NCBI GenBank assembly: GCA_001724265.1
Contig: MEDY01000169.1
Location: 1 to 64,000 of the forward strand
From: Rhizaria sp. SCN 62-66
Taxonomy: Eukaryota
Direction of reading: 5' to 3'
Length of the DNA stretch: 64,000 nt
Part shown: in pieces, positions 1 to 13,800 of the stretch
Position numbering within the stretch: position 1 is the first letter of the stretch
Layout of the letters: each line of letters starts with the position of its first letter
Position numbers and translations under genes: made by a program
Notes under the pieces: model-generated
What the model was told of the DNA's origin: nothing
Databases searched by the model: none
What the model saw: the letters and a program-made list of their open reading frames with translations, nothing else

Positions 1-475
1 GTTTATATGTAAGGATACCAAGGAATATGCTCAATTATGCTGTATATCGAAGACTGTATTGAAGGGAAATAAAAATTAAGTTTGTACTTTCCAAGAAAAC
101 TGACTGTGAGCTGAAACTGCATAACGCGATTGTGGTGATTTGGCTTCGAGCCGTTGGCTCAACGGCTCTTTTTTTCTCGTGGCGGGCAGCGGTGGGCGGT
201 GCGAGCACAGGGCAATGAGCGATATTTTGTGATGAGCACTGTTGCATGCCAACTCCGTTAAAGAGAATGATAGACAACCATATGTAAAAATGCGTTTATA
301 TTGTCTTTTATCAGTCTGTTGATACTGATAAACACCTTGATTTTCTCTCTGTATACCTCCTCTTGTTATAGTTTCGACCGGCTCCACCCGCTCGCTCGCT
401 CTTTCCTTCAAAGTCATATCCCCGCTTTATCCATCTGTCACTGCCGCCAGGTTTCTGTGCTAACACGCTGCAGAA

Positions 476-2272
476 ATGTCAGCGAGCACCGCTGCCTTAT
501 CAGCAGCCGCGATGGCCGCCCACAGCGCGTCGCTGCTGAGTGAGAATGCAAGCATCAACAGCGTCTCCCTGTACTCCGCCGCGGCAGCCTCGTCTTCAAC
601 CACCGCTCGGACAGGCTTGCTCGGCGCTTCAGTTGGATCGTCTGGCGCCGCTGTGCCAACGAAGCCCACGATGACCGGCCGACTCCGTCGTTTTGGTCTC
701 GGCCCCGCGCAAAAGGCCCGCTTCGAGCCTTCTAACGACGATGAGCAGCAGGAGCCGTCTGGAGCAGATTCTGCTAACTCCATCGCAAACGCTCACAGCA
801 CGAGCTCAAACGCTGTTCACTCCGATGTCAGCAGCGACATTGGCGCTGCAAGTGTGATTCCGACCGCGTTTGCGTCAGTTTCTGCCGCAAACTCACTCTA
901 CGTCACCACTACTCGTGGCTCTGGCACTGGCTCCAACTCCAGCTCAACCTCCAGCTCCAGCTCCAGCTCCAGCTCCAGCTCCAGCTCCAGCTCCAGCTCC
1001 AGCTCCAGCTCCAGCTCCAGCTCTCGCTCTCGCACTGGTACTGGCTCTGGCTCTGGTGCTACCTTCAGCCCTATTCCGAGTCTCAACAGCGACTACAACA
1101 GCGGCGGCAGCAGTAGTCGCCTGTACACGATCCCGCCGATCACCGAGGAGGCCAGCAGTCCCGCCGACAACACTTCTCGCAACAACAGCAGCTCCCACCA
1201 GTCCGTGGTGCTGAGTCACCACAGCGCAAACTCTACCCCCGCTGCTCCTCACGCTGCTGCTGTCTCGAGCACGCACGCGGTTAGCTCTGCGTCCGCTCTC
1301 GCCAGCAGCCATCTCAGCAGCGCCAACGCAAGCGCAACTGCAACCCCAAGCACGACTGCGACCGCCACTGCCGCTGCTGCTGCTCCGATTGCAACTGCAA
1401 CTGCGTCTGCTGCTCCTGCGACGACCTCTCGCTCCACGCGCGGCGGTTTGCTGGCGCGTATGCAGGCTATCAGCAACAGCGCGGGCCTCAACAACAGTAT
1501 TAACAGCCACAACAACGGCAAGAGCCACAGCGCTAGCCCGAGCTCCATTGCGACGGCTGCTCCTGCTGCTGCGGCAGAAGCGAGCTCTGCCGTCCCCGCC
1601 GCTGCCAGCGGCTTACCTTCGAGCATCGTCTCGCAGTCGAGCAAGTCGGCTCCGCACGCCACGAAGAGCGACGGCTTAACTTCCTCCATATCAGTCGCCG
1701 CGCCCGCTGTTACGATCCCTCGCGGCGGCTTAACTTCCGCGAGCGCGGACCCGCACTACCCCTTGCCGACTCACGGCCACAGCTCGCTCACTGCGGCGGC
1801 GACTGCGGCTGCAGCGGCTGGCGCGGATGCAGCAGTGAGCCGGACGACAAGGGCGAAAGCTAAGCACGTGGAGGACGACGATTTACTGCCGATGTCGCCG
1901 CCGAAGCCGCCTTCGCTCCGTTACAACACCACCAGCAGCACTGCTAGCGCCGGCGCCAGCGCCAGTAACGCGAGTGCTAGTGCGAATGAGAGTGTTAGTA
2001 CCAGTACGAGCCGCCCTCTCTCTGCTTTGAGTCACGGCCAAGGAAGTACCACTGCCGTTGGGGCCGGTCTAAATAGGACGACCTCAGAGGCATCTGCTGC
2101 TAGCGGTGCTAGGCTCTTTGCTTTAGGCTCTGAAGTTAAGCCGCCTGGCAACACTGATCTCAAGTTTCTCGCGACCGAGCTGAAGCCGCCGTCTGCTGAC
2201 TTCAAGCCGAGGCACGTCTCTCTGCGCCACTTAGTTCCTTCCACGTCTTCGAGCAGTAAGAGTTCGAGCTTT

Positions 2273-2329
<57 letters not shown>

Positions 2330-4090
2330 GGGGCTCACGCTGGTGCGAGTGCTAGTGATGTTGCTGCCACTGCCGCAGCTGCTCCCGCGGCAGTTGTTGC
2401 ACATGATGCCAACGATAGGGCTAACAATGATGCTGCTGCTGCTGCTGGTGTTGTTCCCAAGAAGTCTCTACGTCCAATCGTTCCGAAGGCCACGGTCACT
2501 CCTAACGACACTGCTGCTGCGGCTGCTGCCGCGGCTGCTGCTGCTGCGGGCGCGATCACAAGCTCTACTGACTCTGCCACGGGTGCTGTGAATACGGCTG
2601 TCGACTTCTTCGCGGCTCACCGCGACGGCGAGTACTTAGAGGTCAACCGCACTAAGTACCTCGTGGCGAACGAGATTGGCGTCGGCGGCAGCTCCAAGGT
2701 CTACAAAGTGTTTTCCCGCAGCGGCACTCAGTATGCACTCAAGGTTGTGAACTTGCGTGGCGAATCGAAGGGCCACGTTGCAAATTACGAGGCGGAGATT
2801 CGCATGCTGCAGAAGCTGCGTAACCAGCCTCACGTGATCCAGCTGATCGACTCAGAGGTGGTGACTGTGAGCAGCACGAGTACCGACGTTAGTGAAAACG
2901 ACAAATCTACCGAGAAGCGTTCTGCTAACGACGACAGCGAAAGCGACGGCGACGAGGACGAAAATGGCCCCGGGAAGAACGGTGAAAACCAGTCGTTCGT
3001 GGATAAGATTTACATGCTGTTTGAGTTTGGCGCGATGGACCTGACGTATGTGCTAAGGCACCCAGCCGTGATGAAGCCAGTCAAGGGTCAAGGTGCACTG
3101 CCGCTGCACTTAGACGCCACTGCGGGCGCTGCGTACTCGGGCAAGAAGGTCGCGATGGGGCTGAACCGCGACCAAATCCGGTACCTGTGGCGTGAGATGC
3201 TCATGTGTGTCGACATGTGCCACAAGAACAGCATCATCCACCTGGATCTCAAGCCCAGCAACTTTGTCATTGTCGACGGACTCGTCAAAATCATCGATTT
3301 CGGCATCGCGAAGGAGATGGAGAAGGACGCCACCAGCGTTATCCGCGAAAGCCCTGTCGGCACTCTTAACTTCATGTCCCCCGAGTCTATTCTCGGCATG
3401 ATGGCCCCTCCATCGAGTGCTAGTAGCGGTGACGGTGAGAACAGCGAGCAAGTGCCGCTGTATAAGCTCAACCGCTCTGCGGATGTGTGGTCACTCGGCT
3501 GCATGTTGTACCAAATGGTCTACGGCAAGGCCCCTTTTGCGCACATCAGGGCGGACTTCAGGCTTAATGCGATCACGAACCCCCAGGTGAACATCGAGTT
3601 CCCTCCTCTGCCGAAGCACCTCAAGCGCTCTTGCAGGAACAACAACAACAACAGCAAGAGCAAGGCCAAGTCTGAGAACGATGTGATCGAGACTGCTGCG
3701 GCTGCGGATGACGAGGATGACGAGGACGATAAGGCTCTCAAGCATGCGATGTCGATCTGCCTGGACCGCGATCCCAAGACTCGTGCGACACTCATCACTC
3801 TGCTGCAACACCCCTGGTTCTTCGGCCATAACAACAGCAAGAATAACAACAAGAACAGCAACAGTAGTGCGTTGTTGACTGTGACTTCGCATGCGGTTGC
3901 GCTGGCAATGGCCCGTGCCGATCCCGATGATAACAACGGGAACGGCTCCGCAGCGGGTACCCGTGGGGGGGCAGATGTGCCGGAGGTTGTGAAGAAGGTA
4001 CTCAAGGGTATCACGGCGGCCGAGCGCGCTGATTTTGCGGGCTGGCTGCGTGAGATGCTTGGTGAGGTCATGTACGACGGTGACATGTAA
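476..4090 (+). CDS. MPS1: Mps1/TTK-family dual-specificity mitotic checkpoint kinase with long low-complexity N-terminus
   Basis: Single 1204-aa ORF ending TAA. Kinase motifs IGVGGSSKVYKV, YALK, HLDLKPSNF, DFGIAK, VGTLNFMSPE and DVWSLGCMLYQMVYGKAPF. GGSSKV, DLKPxNF and YQMVYG are typical of Mps1/TTK. Confidence 0.9.
949..1020 (+). repeat. (CTCCAG)12 hexanucleotide repeat encoding poly-Ser with alternating TCC/AGC codons
   Basis: Directly visible, inside the MPS1 N-terminal region. Confidence 0.9.
2273..2326 (+). repeat. (AGC)18 trinucleotide repeat (poly-Ser) in MPS1
   Basis: Directly visible. Confidence 0.9.
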
Positions 4091-4641
4091 CACTCACGCT
4101 CTAGCTTTGTGTTCAATCGTTGCATTCTGAGTGACGTAGGCACATGAGGGGGAGTAACTTTCTTGCTTGTGCTTAAATCTCCATCTGTTTTTGAAGAACA
4201 TTGTATTATTTGGTCTAGTTTGAGTATTTGTTTTTTTAAAATCATTATTTCATTGTTTATAGTCTTTATTAATTCTTTCTATGCATGTAATTCTCAAGTG
4301 ATCTAAATACACAACGTACTTTACAACTCTTCTTCAGTCGTAAAAATACGTCATTTTCGCTTCGTATCGAGCTTTCATTCGCTAATCGGGTTAATACATT
4401 TTCCATTGTATTTAAATAGTCCAACCTAATATTATCGTGGTCTCACATATTGTGTCAAAATCTATGACCAATTCTCACTCAAGCTGCGGATTGCTTCAAC
4501 AACATTGGACTTGAAGCCTAAGTCGCTCGACTCGCGCGGCCCCGATCGCCTCAAACGCACAGTCGCAGTCCCCTGACCACTCGCAGAGATCGACCCCACA
4601 TGCGGTTGCATATACGTATGGAAGCAAAATCGGCCGCTGCT

Positions 4642-7600
4642 TCAGTCATCGCTGTCGGCGCTCGCCTTGCCCTTGCTCTCCTCCAGCAGCTGCAGCTTGG
4701 CTTCCGCGCGCGCCATCGGGTGGTTCCGCACCTGCCCCGGCAGCGCCACGCGCATCTCGCTCAGCCGGCGCACCAGATCGTACATGATGTCCTTGTCATT
4801 GTCGCAGACGAACGAGTACGCAACGCCTTCCGCGCCGCCGCGGCCGGTGCGGCCGACACGGTGGGTGTACCGCTCGAACGCCTGCTCGCCTTCGGGCAGC
4901 TCGTAGTTGATCACGGCGCGGACGCCCGCGACGTCGATACCGCGGGACATGACGTCGGTGGTAACCAGGCAGCTCACTTCGCCCGTCTTGAAGGCGGTCA
5001 GGCCGCTCTCGCGCACATCCTACACGCGAGTTGCAAAAAAAAAAAGAAGACACAAAAAGCGAGGTACAAGAAGGAAGATAAGCGTGGATTGAAACAAAAT
5101 GAGGGTATTACACATGGTATACATGTACATTTAGGTTTTGCATACAAATATACGATTTTGTCGTAAATCCATAATATACAGCGCCAAGTCGCGTGTTTTC
5201 GTGATTGTTTTGCGACCTACCTGCGTCTTGCCAGAGTGCACGACCGCGACCGTGTGGATATTGGCGGGCATCTCTCCCTTGATGAAGCGGCCAATGCTGT
5301 CGACCGTGGTTTTGCGGTTGCAGAACACAATGATGGGACCGCGCTGGTATTGACGCAGCAGGGCAAGGAGACGGGAGCGCTTTTGCGAGTCGGTCGGCAC
5401 CCACTCGATCCTACAGAAATAGAAGAGAGAAAATTAAACGATATAGCACGAGTATGTTAGATTCAGAATAAGATAATACGTATTATATAAGAGAGTAGAA
5501 TGCGCGCAGAATATATCCATAGGATTGAGATATCAACGTTTTCTATACGTTGTAGAACGTACTTCTGAGTGACGCTGTCAGCGATCTTGCCGCCGCTGCC
5601 AATCGTGATCACAACGGGGTTGCGGAGGTACTTCCGCGCCATGACTTCGACATTGCGTGCCATCGTCGCCGAGAACATGATCGTCTGGCGGTAGTGGTGG
5701 GTGCTGTCCCATTGCTCTTCTTCGGTCGGACGCAGGTTCGTCGACGGCATGTGCTCCATCACACCCTGAAGCAAAGACAGAAAACAGTACATTTGAGAAC
5801 ATTTACATGAGATTCCGAATATGAAAATAAGATGAAACAAAAGTAAATCGTTCATTCACGCGATTGTCAAATAGTAAGAAAATAAAGCGTTGAAAGAATT
5901 GCCAAATCTGTGTTTTAGACGTCATTGTGGCTCATGTCGAAACGTACCTGAATCTGGTGCTCAAAGCCGAGATCAAGCATGCGATCAGCCTCATCCAGCA
6001 CGATATAGTTACACTGGTTCAGCACCACCATGCGCAGATTAATACACTCCAGCAAGCGACCCGGCGTGGCCGAGATGATCTCGCAGCCATCCCGCATCGC
6101 AACCGCTTGCTCGTCCAGTGACTGCCCGCCCACGAGCGACACGGCGCGGATTTTCGCGAACCGGCCGAAGCGGTTGCTCTCAGCCGTGGTCTGCTGTGCA
6201 AGCTCGCGCGTCGGCGACATGACGACCGCCCACGGCCCTTCGTCGCGCACGCTTTCGCGCCGGCTCTCGCTCTGCTTCAGGATGTACACGAACAGCGGCA
6301 GCAGGAACGCCAAGGTCTTGCCGGAGCCAGTCTCGGCGATGCCGACGACGTCGCGGTTCGCCAGCCCGACCGGCACGGCGGCACGCTGGATCGGCGACGG
6401 TTCCGAGAAATTCGCCACCGCGAGAGAGTCGAGCAGAGTCTGAGGCAGCGCGCTTTCCGCCCAGGAGCGCAGCGGCGGCGGCACTCGCACGCCCTTAGTG
6501 CTGATGCTAAACTGCTCGCGCAAGATGCGCCAGTCGCGGTCGGTCATCGCTGTGAGGCTCTTTTGCGACCAGTGTTGCGTGTGTACAAACGAGCGGTCCG
6601 TGCGCGCCTTGGCCTTGGCGGCCTTAAGCATCGCGAGTTTGACCATGTCGTGCTCGGATTGCAGTCCCATGACGCCGATGGTCGCCGCAGCGTTGTTGCC
6701 ACCGGTGGTGGGAACCATCGTGGTGTTGCTGTTGTTGCCAACACCGTTGCTGGTGTTGTTATTGTTATTGTAGGATGGTGACTGGTGGGCGATGGCAGAG
6801 GCGGCTTTAGCGTATTGTAACACGGCAGCGCTCACATTCGGGGTGACGCCGGCTAAGTGCCCGCGGCCAAACCCGGTAAGCGGCTGGTCCGCACCGCCCT
6901 TAGATGACCCGGAGGCTTGACTTAAGTACAGAGGATCGTGCTCTTGAAGCGTCGTGTCGTCACTCAAGTCCCAGACGGGGTTGAAGTTTTGCGAACCTTG
7001 CCCGCCCTGGTTCGAACGCTTGATCACCGCAGGAGCAGCCTTAGCAACAGCAGCAGGGGCAGGCTTCTTCGCATTCGCAGCGAGCGAGCTGGGTAAGGGG
7101 GTACTTAGATTACGGCCAGCCGCAGCGGTGGCAGCAGCAGCAGCAGCAGCAGTGCTGCCACCGAAAAGGCGGTTAATCGCGGCCAAGCCAGTCGCGGAAA
7201 TAGGGACTGGAGCAACACCACTTGCACCCGCACCCGCAGTCGTCGCCGCACTAGTGGGGTTTGCCTCAGAGCTCGAGCTGTTCTTGTTCGAGGTCGAGCT
7301 ATGAGCGCTCGCTCCACTATTGCTGTTGCCACTGTCAGTGAACATAACGCCGCTGTTGTTGTTGTTGGTTGCGCGGGACTGCAGCCGCTGCAGTGCGAGG
7401 GCCTGCCGTTCAGCTTTGGTCAAGTACACCGGTTTCGCGGCGGCCTCGGCGGCGGCGGTGGAGGCGACCGCAACGCGTGCGAGCACGGACGACATAACAG
7501 AGCCAGAGCCCGCCGCGTTGCTGCCGCTCGCGCTCCCCGCGGCACCGCTGATGGTCGCGCTGCTACCGCTCGCGCTCGCGGAAGTGTTGGCGGAGTCATA

Positions 7601-7678
7601 GTCACGATCGCGGTCGCCGCGGTCGCGGTTGCCGCCGCTGTCCGTGGCTGAGTAGTCGCTGTTGCGGTGATATGACAT
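4642..7678 (-). CDS. PRP28: DEAD-box splicing helicase Prp28/DDX23, 4 exons
   Basis: Exons 7678-5948, 5765-5563, 5410-5221 and 5019-4642 join in frame across GT-AG introns; ends TGA. Motifs HWSQKSLTAMTDRDWRILRE (Prp28-typical), AETGSGKT, PTRELAQQ, DEADRM, MFSAT and HRVGRTGR. Confidence 0.92.
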
Positions 7679-8735
7679 TCTCAAGACGGAATATGCACAC
7701 AGGGAAGAGCTGAGGCGCGTGTGGGAGTCCGAGTCAGTGGCGGAAGCGGTCGGTCAGAGTGGTGAAGAACGAAGCAGAGCTTTGAGTCTTGTTTTGTGGT
7801 GGTGAGCTTCGGTGAAATGCAGAGGAGTGCAAGTTCAATGCTAAGTAATGCCACGCAATTTACTAAAAGAAGGAGCCGTAGGTTAACACCGAGTGATGCC
7901 AGACGCCGATGGAGCGTTGTTGTAACGAGCTAGCTGCCGTTTTGTGCGGGTTGCGCTTGCGCTGGTCGATGGGACGAGGAGTTGCTAAGATACGTTGTGT
8001 CGCCCTGTAGATAACTATGAAGCGGTGCGCCAGTAGTCACACACAAAATAAAATTTCAAGTGTCAGGCGGTCAGCAAAGCTAGGAGGTGCCGGGTTCTGT
8101 TAGGAGTGCGGGAGAGCAAGGAAGATGGTGAAGGAGCGAGCGAGAATGCTAGTCAAAGTCGGCATGTGAAAAGAGGGGGTATCACGATATTTTCGTTAGA
8201 TCATACGCTGTAAAAGAAGAACAGATACACCTACAGTTATATACACCCAAGAAAACCATCGACATTCAAATAACACGATTCGATCTACGTGATCTCCTTC
8301 TGCAGAAATCCACGCAGACCGAGACCACCCAGCCACCAGAGCCGTTGTTGTCCTTGTGTGGTCACGCTCACATCCACTGTGTTTAGAGCATATATGACAA
8401 CCAACACAGTTTAGTCAATTAACAAAACTTCACAGCATCATATAAAACCGACGGAATTGTTCAAATTCAAGTGTTGTATTTGTTTGCAGGACTATACTCG
8501 AGCGATATCCGCCACATTCTACTTTTGAGATTTGTGAGTATACCCGACTGCAACAGCAGTAAGTCAATCTAAAAACATTAAATAGCCATATATGCTAGAT
8601 TTATCGCCAATATAATCAATTTTAATACCTCCAGGCCCTCATCTATAAATATACATATCTAAAACCTCTCCGCTTTGCTGCCATCAGACGATGTAAGTGT
8701 TGATACGTACTACCATCCTTAGTCTGACGAGCTAT

Positions 8736-9957
8736 TCAGATCCTCTCGGCAAGCTCAATCGCGACCTTGCACCCGACCTTGACAACTTGGCTAAACGCAT
8801 CATAAAACGGTGCCTCAAGCGCGTTATGAATGATCGCCGTCGACTTGTGCTCTTCTTCATCATCCCTGAACTGCACAAGCATCTTCCTCAGCGCGGCCTC
8901 CGTATCCCGCAGCTCCAGATCATGCACTTCGCGGATCTGATCGTTGTAGTGGCCCGCAATCACGTCCTCAACGGCCGCAGTGAGCGCCATCGCCATCTTC
9001 TCGCCGGCGAGCGCGGTAGCGGCGCCCGCGGCGTAGCCGGCGACGGACCAAATGGGCGTGAGCACCGTTGGGCGGACCTAACACACAAAATTCGGGGTTT
9101 AGCGGTATATATGTGAGTCGCAAGAAACTAATCGTAGATATAATATAGTAATAATGTAATAATGATTAAAATCATGTTTTGTTCTCTCTAGGTGTAATTA
9201 CGAGGATATATGCGCGTTTTAAGTTTGCGTACTTGGCGGGCAGCGAGGAGGTGCTCGAAGGCAGTCAGATGTTCCCGTTCCTGCTCCAGCATGTGCTGAA
9301 TGGCCTCTTGCGGAGTCTCACCACCGGGAGAAGTGCGAGAAGGGGCGTTGGGAGCCCACCAGTTGGGCAAGCGGGTCAACACAGCGAGTTGGCCCTATGT
9401 TCAAACACAACGGACACAAAAGAAGAACAAACCAGTCGCAAAAGAATGACAAAAGTGAGGTTCATGGCTGCAAGATAAACATAAATTGGCGTAAAACAAA
9501 ACTGAAAATAGATAATAATAATGTACATATCATACTGTCGAATTTTCGTTGTATGAACGTATACAGATGTTGTATGTTGCGATTTACGTACTTGGTAGAT
9601 GCGGAGAGCGCCGAGCTCACCAGCGTGGTCGACGCGAATGGTCCTCTCGAGATAGTCACGGTGCGGGGACGACACCGCGCGGTGCGAGGCAACGCCAGAG
9701 TAACGCAGCTTCTGACGCGGAGCAGATGCAGCGGCGACCGCGGCGGCGGCGGCCGCGGCGGTCGCAGAGAGAGGGACGGAAGCAGAGGCATGGTTTGTGC
9801 CGGTGTGGGTGTTGCTGGCGACAGTTGCCGTGGTGGATGAGAAGCGAGCAGGGGCACCGCCAGCAACGAGGATAGAGGCGGTACTACTAGTGGTGAGAGG
9901 CAGAGAGCGAGACGCTGAGAGCAGGGCTCGCATCGGGGCGGGACGAGAGAGAAACAT
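8736..9957 (-). CDS. COQ7: COQ7/CLK-1 demethoxyubiquinone hydroxylase (di-iron), 3 exons, with likely mitochondrial presequence
   Basis: Exons 9957-9592, 9394-9233 and 9077-8736; ends TGA. Motifs IRVDHAGELGA, IYQGQLAVL, EREHL, VRPT, AVEDVIAGHYNDQ and FRDDEEEH. The N-terminus is Arg/Ser-rich and lacks acidic residues. Confidence 0.93.
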
Positions 9958-10879
9958 CGCTCGCTCGATTCACTACAAAAGCCGACATCGAGATACGGTC
10001 GATTTAAGACACAATGAGCGAATGGTGGCATATAATAAAATGAAAATAGCTTTTAGGTCGCGGCATTGCCATAATTCGTAGTTTTATGCGGAATTCTCGA
10101 TTGTAGCGGGGTTAATTATCTGTGCATTTCTAATGAGCCACGTGACCGAGGATCTTCCTCTTCCAGTGACGTGACGACAGTAATGGTATTAAAATTAATA
10201 ATGACGTGTGCATCATATGCTGTCAGTTGTTCGTTAAAGTGTCTGCAACTGACGCAACCACCATTTATCATATTCATGCTACTGTATAATTTGCCACCTC
10301 TAGCGAAGTAATTAATATCTGTATGTTGATAATGAAATACGGTGCGGGAAGCAAGGGGAGGTTTGCGCAGCGCATACGGCGGATGGGACAGCACACACGG
10401 AAGGCGCGCAAAGAGCGGCGGCAGCAAGCAAGCAAGCAGGTTCAAAACAGCTTCAAGTGTCAAAACAGCTTAAACTGACAAATCAAAACATGGTATGCGA
10501 CAACAAAAAGCGAGAAATGAACGTGAGAAATGCAAGCTTTTTTATAACAAGACCACAAGCGTCAAAACATGAAAACAACGAAAAAAACATGAAACAAATC
10601 AATGGGCGATTGTTTTGAAGAAAGCATGACAAACAGATACGAACAAAGTATGAAACAAGCAGTCACACCTTATATTCAAGAGATAAGTCCATGACGACAA
10701 AAAGAAGAAGAAGAAAAAAAGGAAAGAAAAGAAAGCCAACAGCAGATAAGTATTAATGATAGTAATAATGCATAGTACTTCTTTACTAACGAATATAACT
10801 CAGTAGTTCCTTCACTCCAACGGGCTTACAACACACACTTGCGCATACAGTGTCGCGTAACGTAAGTACCCCCTTAGAC

Positions 10880-13800
10880 TTAGAGCATCCTGATAGTGCC
10901 CGACGCACCAGTGTTTTCCGTGTTTACGCTGGCCACCGAAGTGAGGTCATCGTGCCCCATAGACTCCCCAGCCCCGCCAGCTCCCAGGGTATTCAAACTG
11001 GCACTGGTACTGACACGCAGAGAGAGGATCTCGCCGGTGCCAGTGCCAGTGCTCGCGCCCGAGAAGGCTGACGGCACAGGCGCCAGAAGCCCGCTGTGCC
11101 CGCTGTAGCCGCTGTAAACGCTGTGGCTGTTGTATCCGCTCCCACTCTACATATTAGTGTTAAGCGCCTACAGAGAGTTCCCATCACTGTTAACAGAAGC
11201 ACCACCACCACCAAAGTCGCCGCCAGCGATGCCATCGTTGCCGTCCCCAGCCGCGCCACCGCCGGCGCCGCTGCCGTTGCCGTTAGCGCCGGCGCCGCCG
11301 TTGCCGAGGCCGAGCGTGTCGAGCATGTCGAGGCACCAGTTGTTCTTCTCGACCCAGACGTAGTAGCGCGCCATCTGCAGCGGAGTCATGACGCCGGAGA
11401 AGAGACGGTCCATCAGCAAGTTAAGCCGCGTCTGGTGCTCGAGCACATCGTTGCGCGCGGACGCGATCGTCTGGCACAGCCTGTGGTTGTGATAAGAAAT
11501 AGGTGAAGAATAACATGAAAGTCGCATTAAAAGTGTAAACGTGAGGTGAAAATGTGGTGTTTGACAACATATATGTTTAACATAAAATAGGGTTGAGTTC
11601 AGCGGATATAAAAGGCATACTAAATCGATGCCTTTTCAGTGATGATTCCATTGTCGCCTTCTTTCGTATGTGTTTGTCTTTAATGAAGTGACACAGCAAG
11701 GTAATGAGTGGTTAGTTTAACGTACCTCGTGAGCTCCGCGCGCTCGCTCCTGAGCGCGCCGCGGATGCTGTCGAGCTCCGCCAGTTGCGCCAGAGAGAGC
11801 CCGACCTCGGTGCACATGAGCGTGTACCACAGAGAGGAACTCGTGGTCGGAGCCTCGCCGAAGGTGTCGCTCTGGTCGATGCCCCACAGAGCGAACTTGG
11901 TCGCGAGGTCCGGGGTGGCGACCGAGAGCACGCGGGTGAAGGCGCCGTCGGTGAACGCCTGCGGCTCGCGGGCCTGGACCAGCACGCTCTGCATGGCAAG
12001 GGTCAGCTGCTGGGTCTGCACGTCGTCGAGAGCGGTCGTGGCGCTGATCTCGACAATGAACGCGAGCTGCTCCTTCAGAGACACCAGACTGCACAAGCAA
12101 GCAGGCAAGCAGGCAAGCAAGGGGAAACATGGCGAGAGCGAGTGGGTGATTTGGAAAAGAGAAGGAACAAAAGAGGAAAAAAAAAGAAGTTAGAAATTGG
12201 GGAAGTAAGAGACATGATAAGGCAAACACATTACGACCTATTCCTTTTGTTTTCGAGTGAGACATAAGAGCACGTACCGAGCTTCGTGCGCCTGGTGGCG
12301 CGCGGTCTCGAGCTGGCTCCAGGCCTGCACAGACTCGAGCTCAAAGCCCGGAGGCACAGCACTGCCGCTGCCGCCGCTGCCCGCAAAGCCGCCGCCCGCG
12401 CCGTTGCCACCACCGCCGCCGCCACCGTAGCCGCCGCCGCTGCCATCTCCGCCGCCGCCGTTGCCAGCCGCCGCGGCCGCCGCCGTGGCCGCCGCGGCCG
12501 TCGCGTTGGCCGCGGCGACGGCGTTGTTGGCATGGTTCAGCTGCGCGCGCATGTCCTCCAGCCGGGCAGACATGCGCTTGACCTTCTCCTCGAGATCCTT
12601 GACGTACATCTTCTTGCGGCGGCGGGAGGCGCGCGCCAGCTCGGCCTTGCGCGCAAGACGGAGCTTCGCCTTTTCGTCGGGCGTCATGCCCGCAGTCTCG
12701 GCCTCGTCGTCGAGGTCGATGCCGTCGAGTCCGCCCAGATCTAAATCGTCGTCCTCGCCCATGCTGTCAGCACCGCTGCCGCCGCCGCCGCCCCCGCCAT
12801 AGTAGCCGCCGCTGCCGCCACCGCCGCCGGAGCCGTAGCCCAGGTTGGGGGAGCCGTAACCAGGATTACTAGCAGCGGCGGCGGCGGCGGCCGCGGCGGC
12901 GGAGGAGGCGGCCGCGGCGGCTGCTGCCCCGCTGTTGCGGCGACCAACCTGAGTGAAGCGAAAAGGGAAATTCAAGGGATATAACACAGTGAGATAAAAA
13001 ACGAAAAACTAGATGTTCATGCTCTTTAAGTAAATATACAGTCACTAGTGATCACACAAACCCAACTCGCCTGCAATCTGACTAGTTTGAACATTGTTGA
13101 CAATAGATCTGCGTCTGCATAGAGACGTCGCGTACCTGTGGCGGGGCAGGCGAGCCGCGGCGCGACGAGGGGCCCGAGCCGCTCGCCCCGGCCTGGCCCT
13201 GCGACTGCAGATGCGAGTGCGGGTTGATGAGTTGGCTGGCCGAGGCGCCCAGCAGCACGGGCGGCGCCAGGTGCATCGCGTTGAGGCCAAGCGCCATGCT
13301 GCCGCCTAGACAGGAAGCAGAAACAAGAAAAAGCGAAATGCGGACAGAGTACACAATAAGCTCATACAACAAGATGACAAAAGACGATGATAGATCGCGA
13401 AGATTTCAAGAACAAACATAACACATGACACTGCAATAAGTATATAAAACAACAAACAAGAACATCAAGAGAGCGTATACGCGCGATATCGCGCCAAATG
13501 TAAATAAATAGAACGCACCTGGACTCTGGCTGCCATCGTGATACTGCCCCGTCCCGCCGCCCGCCGCCGACGACGACGCCGCGTTGCTCGAGGCCAGCGA
13601 GGACCTCGTGGTGCGGCCAGACCGCGTCTGCGCGTAGGGCGACGTCCCGCCCGCCGCCGCCCCTGCCCCAGTACTACTGCCTCCGGCCGCACCAGCGGCG
13701 GCGGCCGCAGCAACACCGCGAGTGCCTGCACTGCCGCCGGCGCTGCCGCCGTTGGTGGTGTTGTTTGAGAACGGCGACGAGGACCGTGGCAGGGCGTAGG

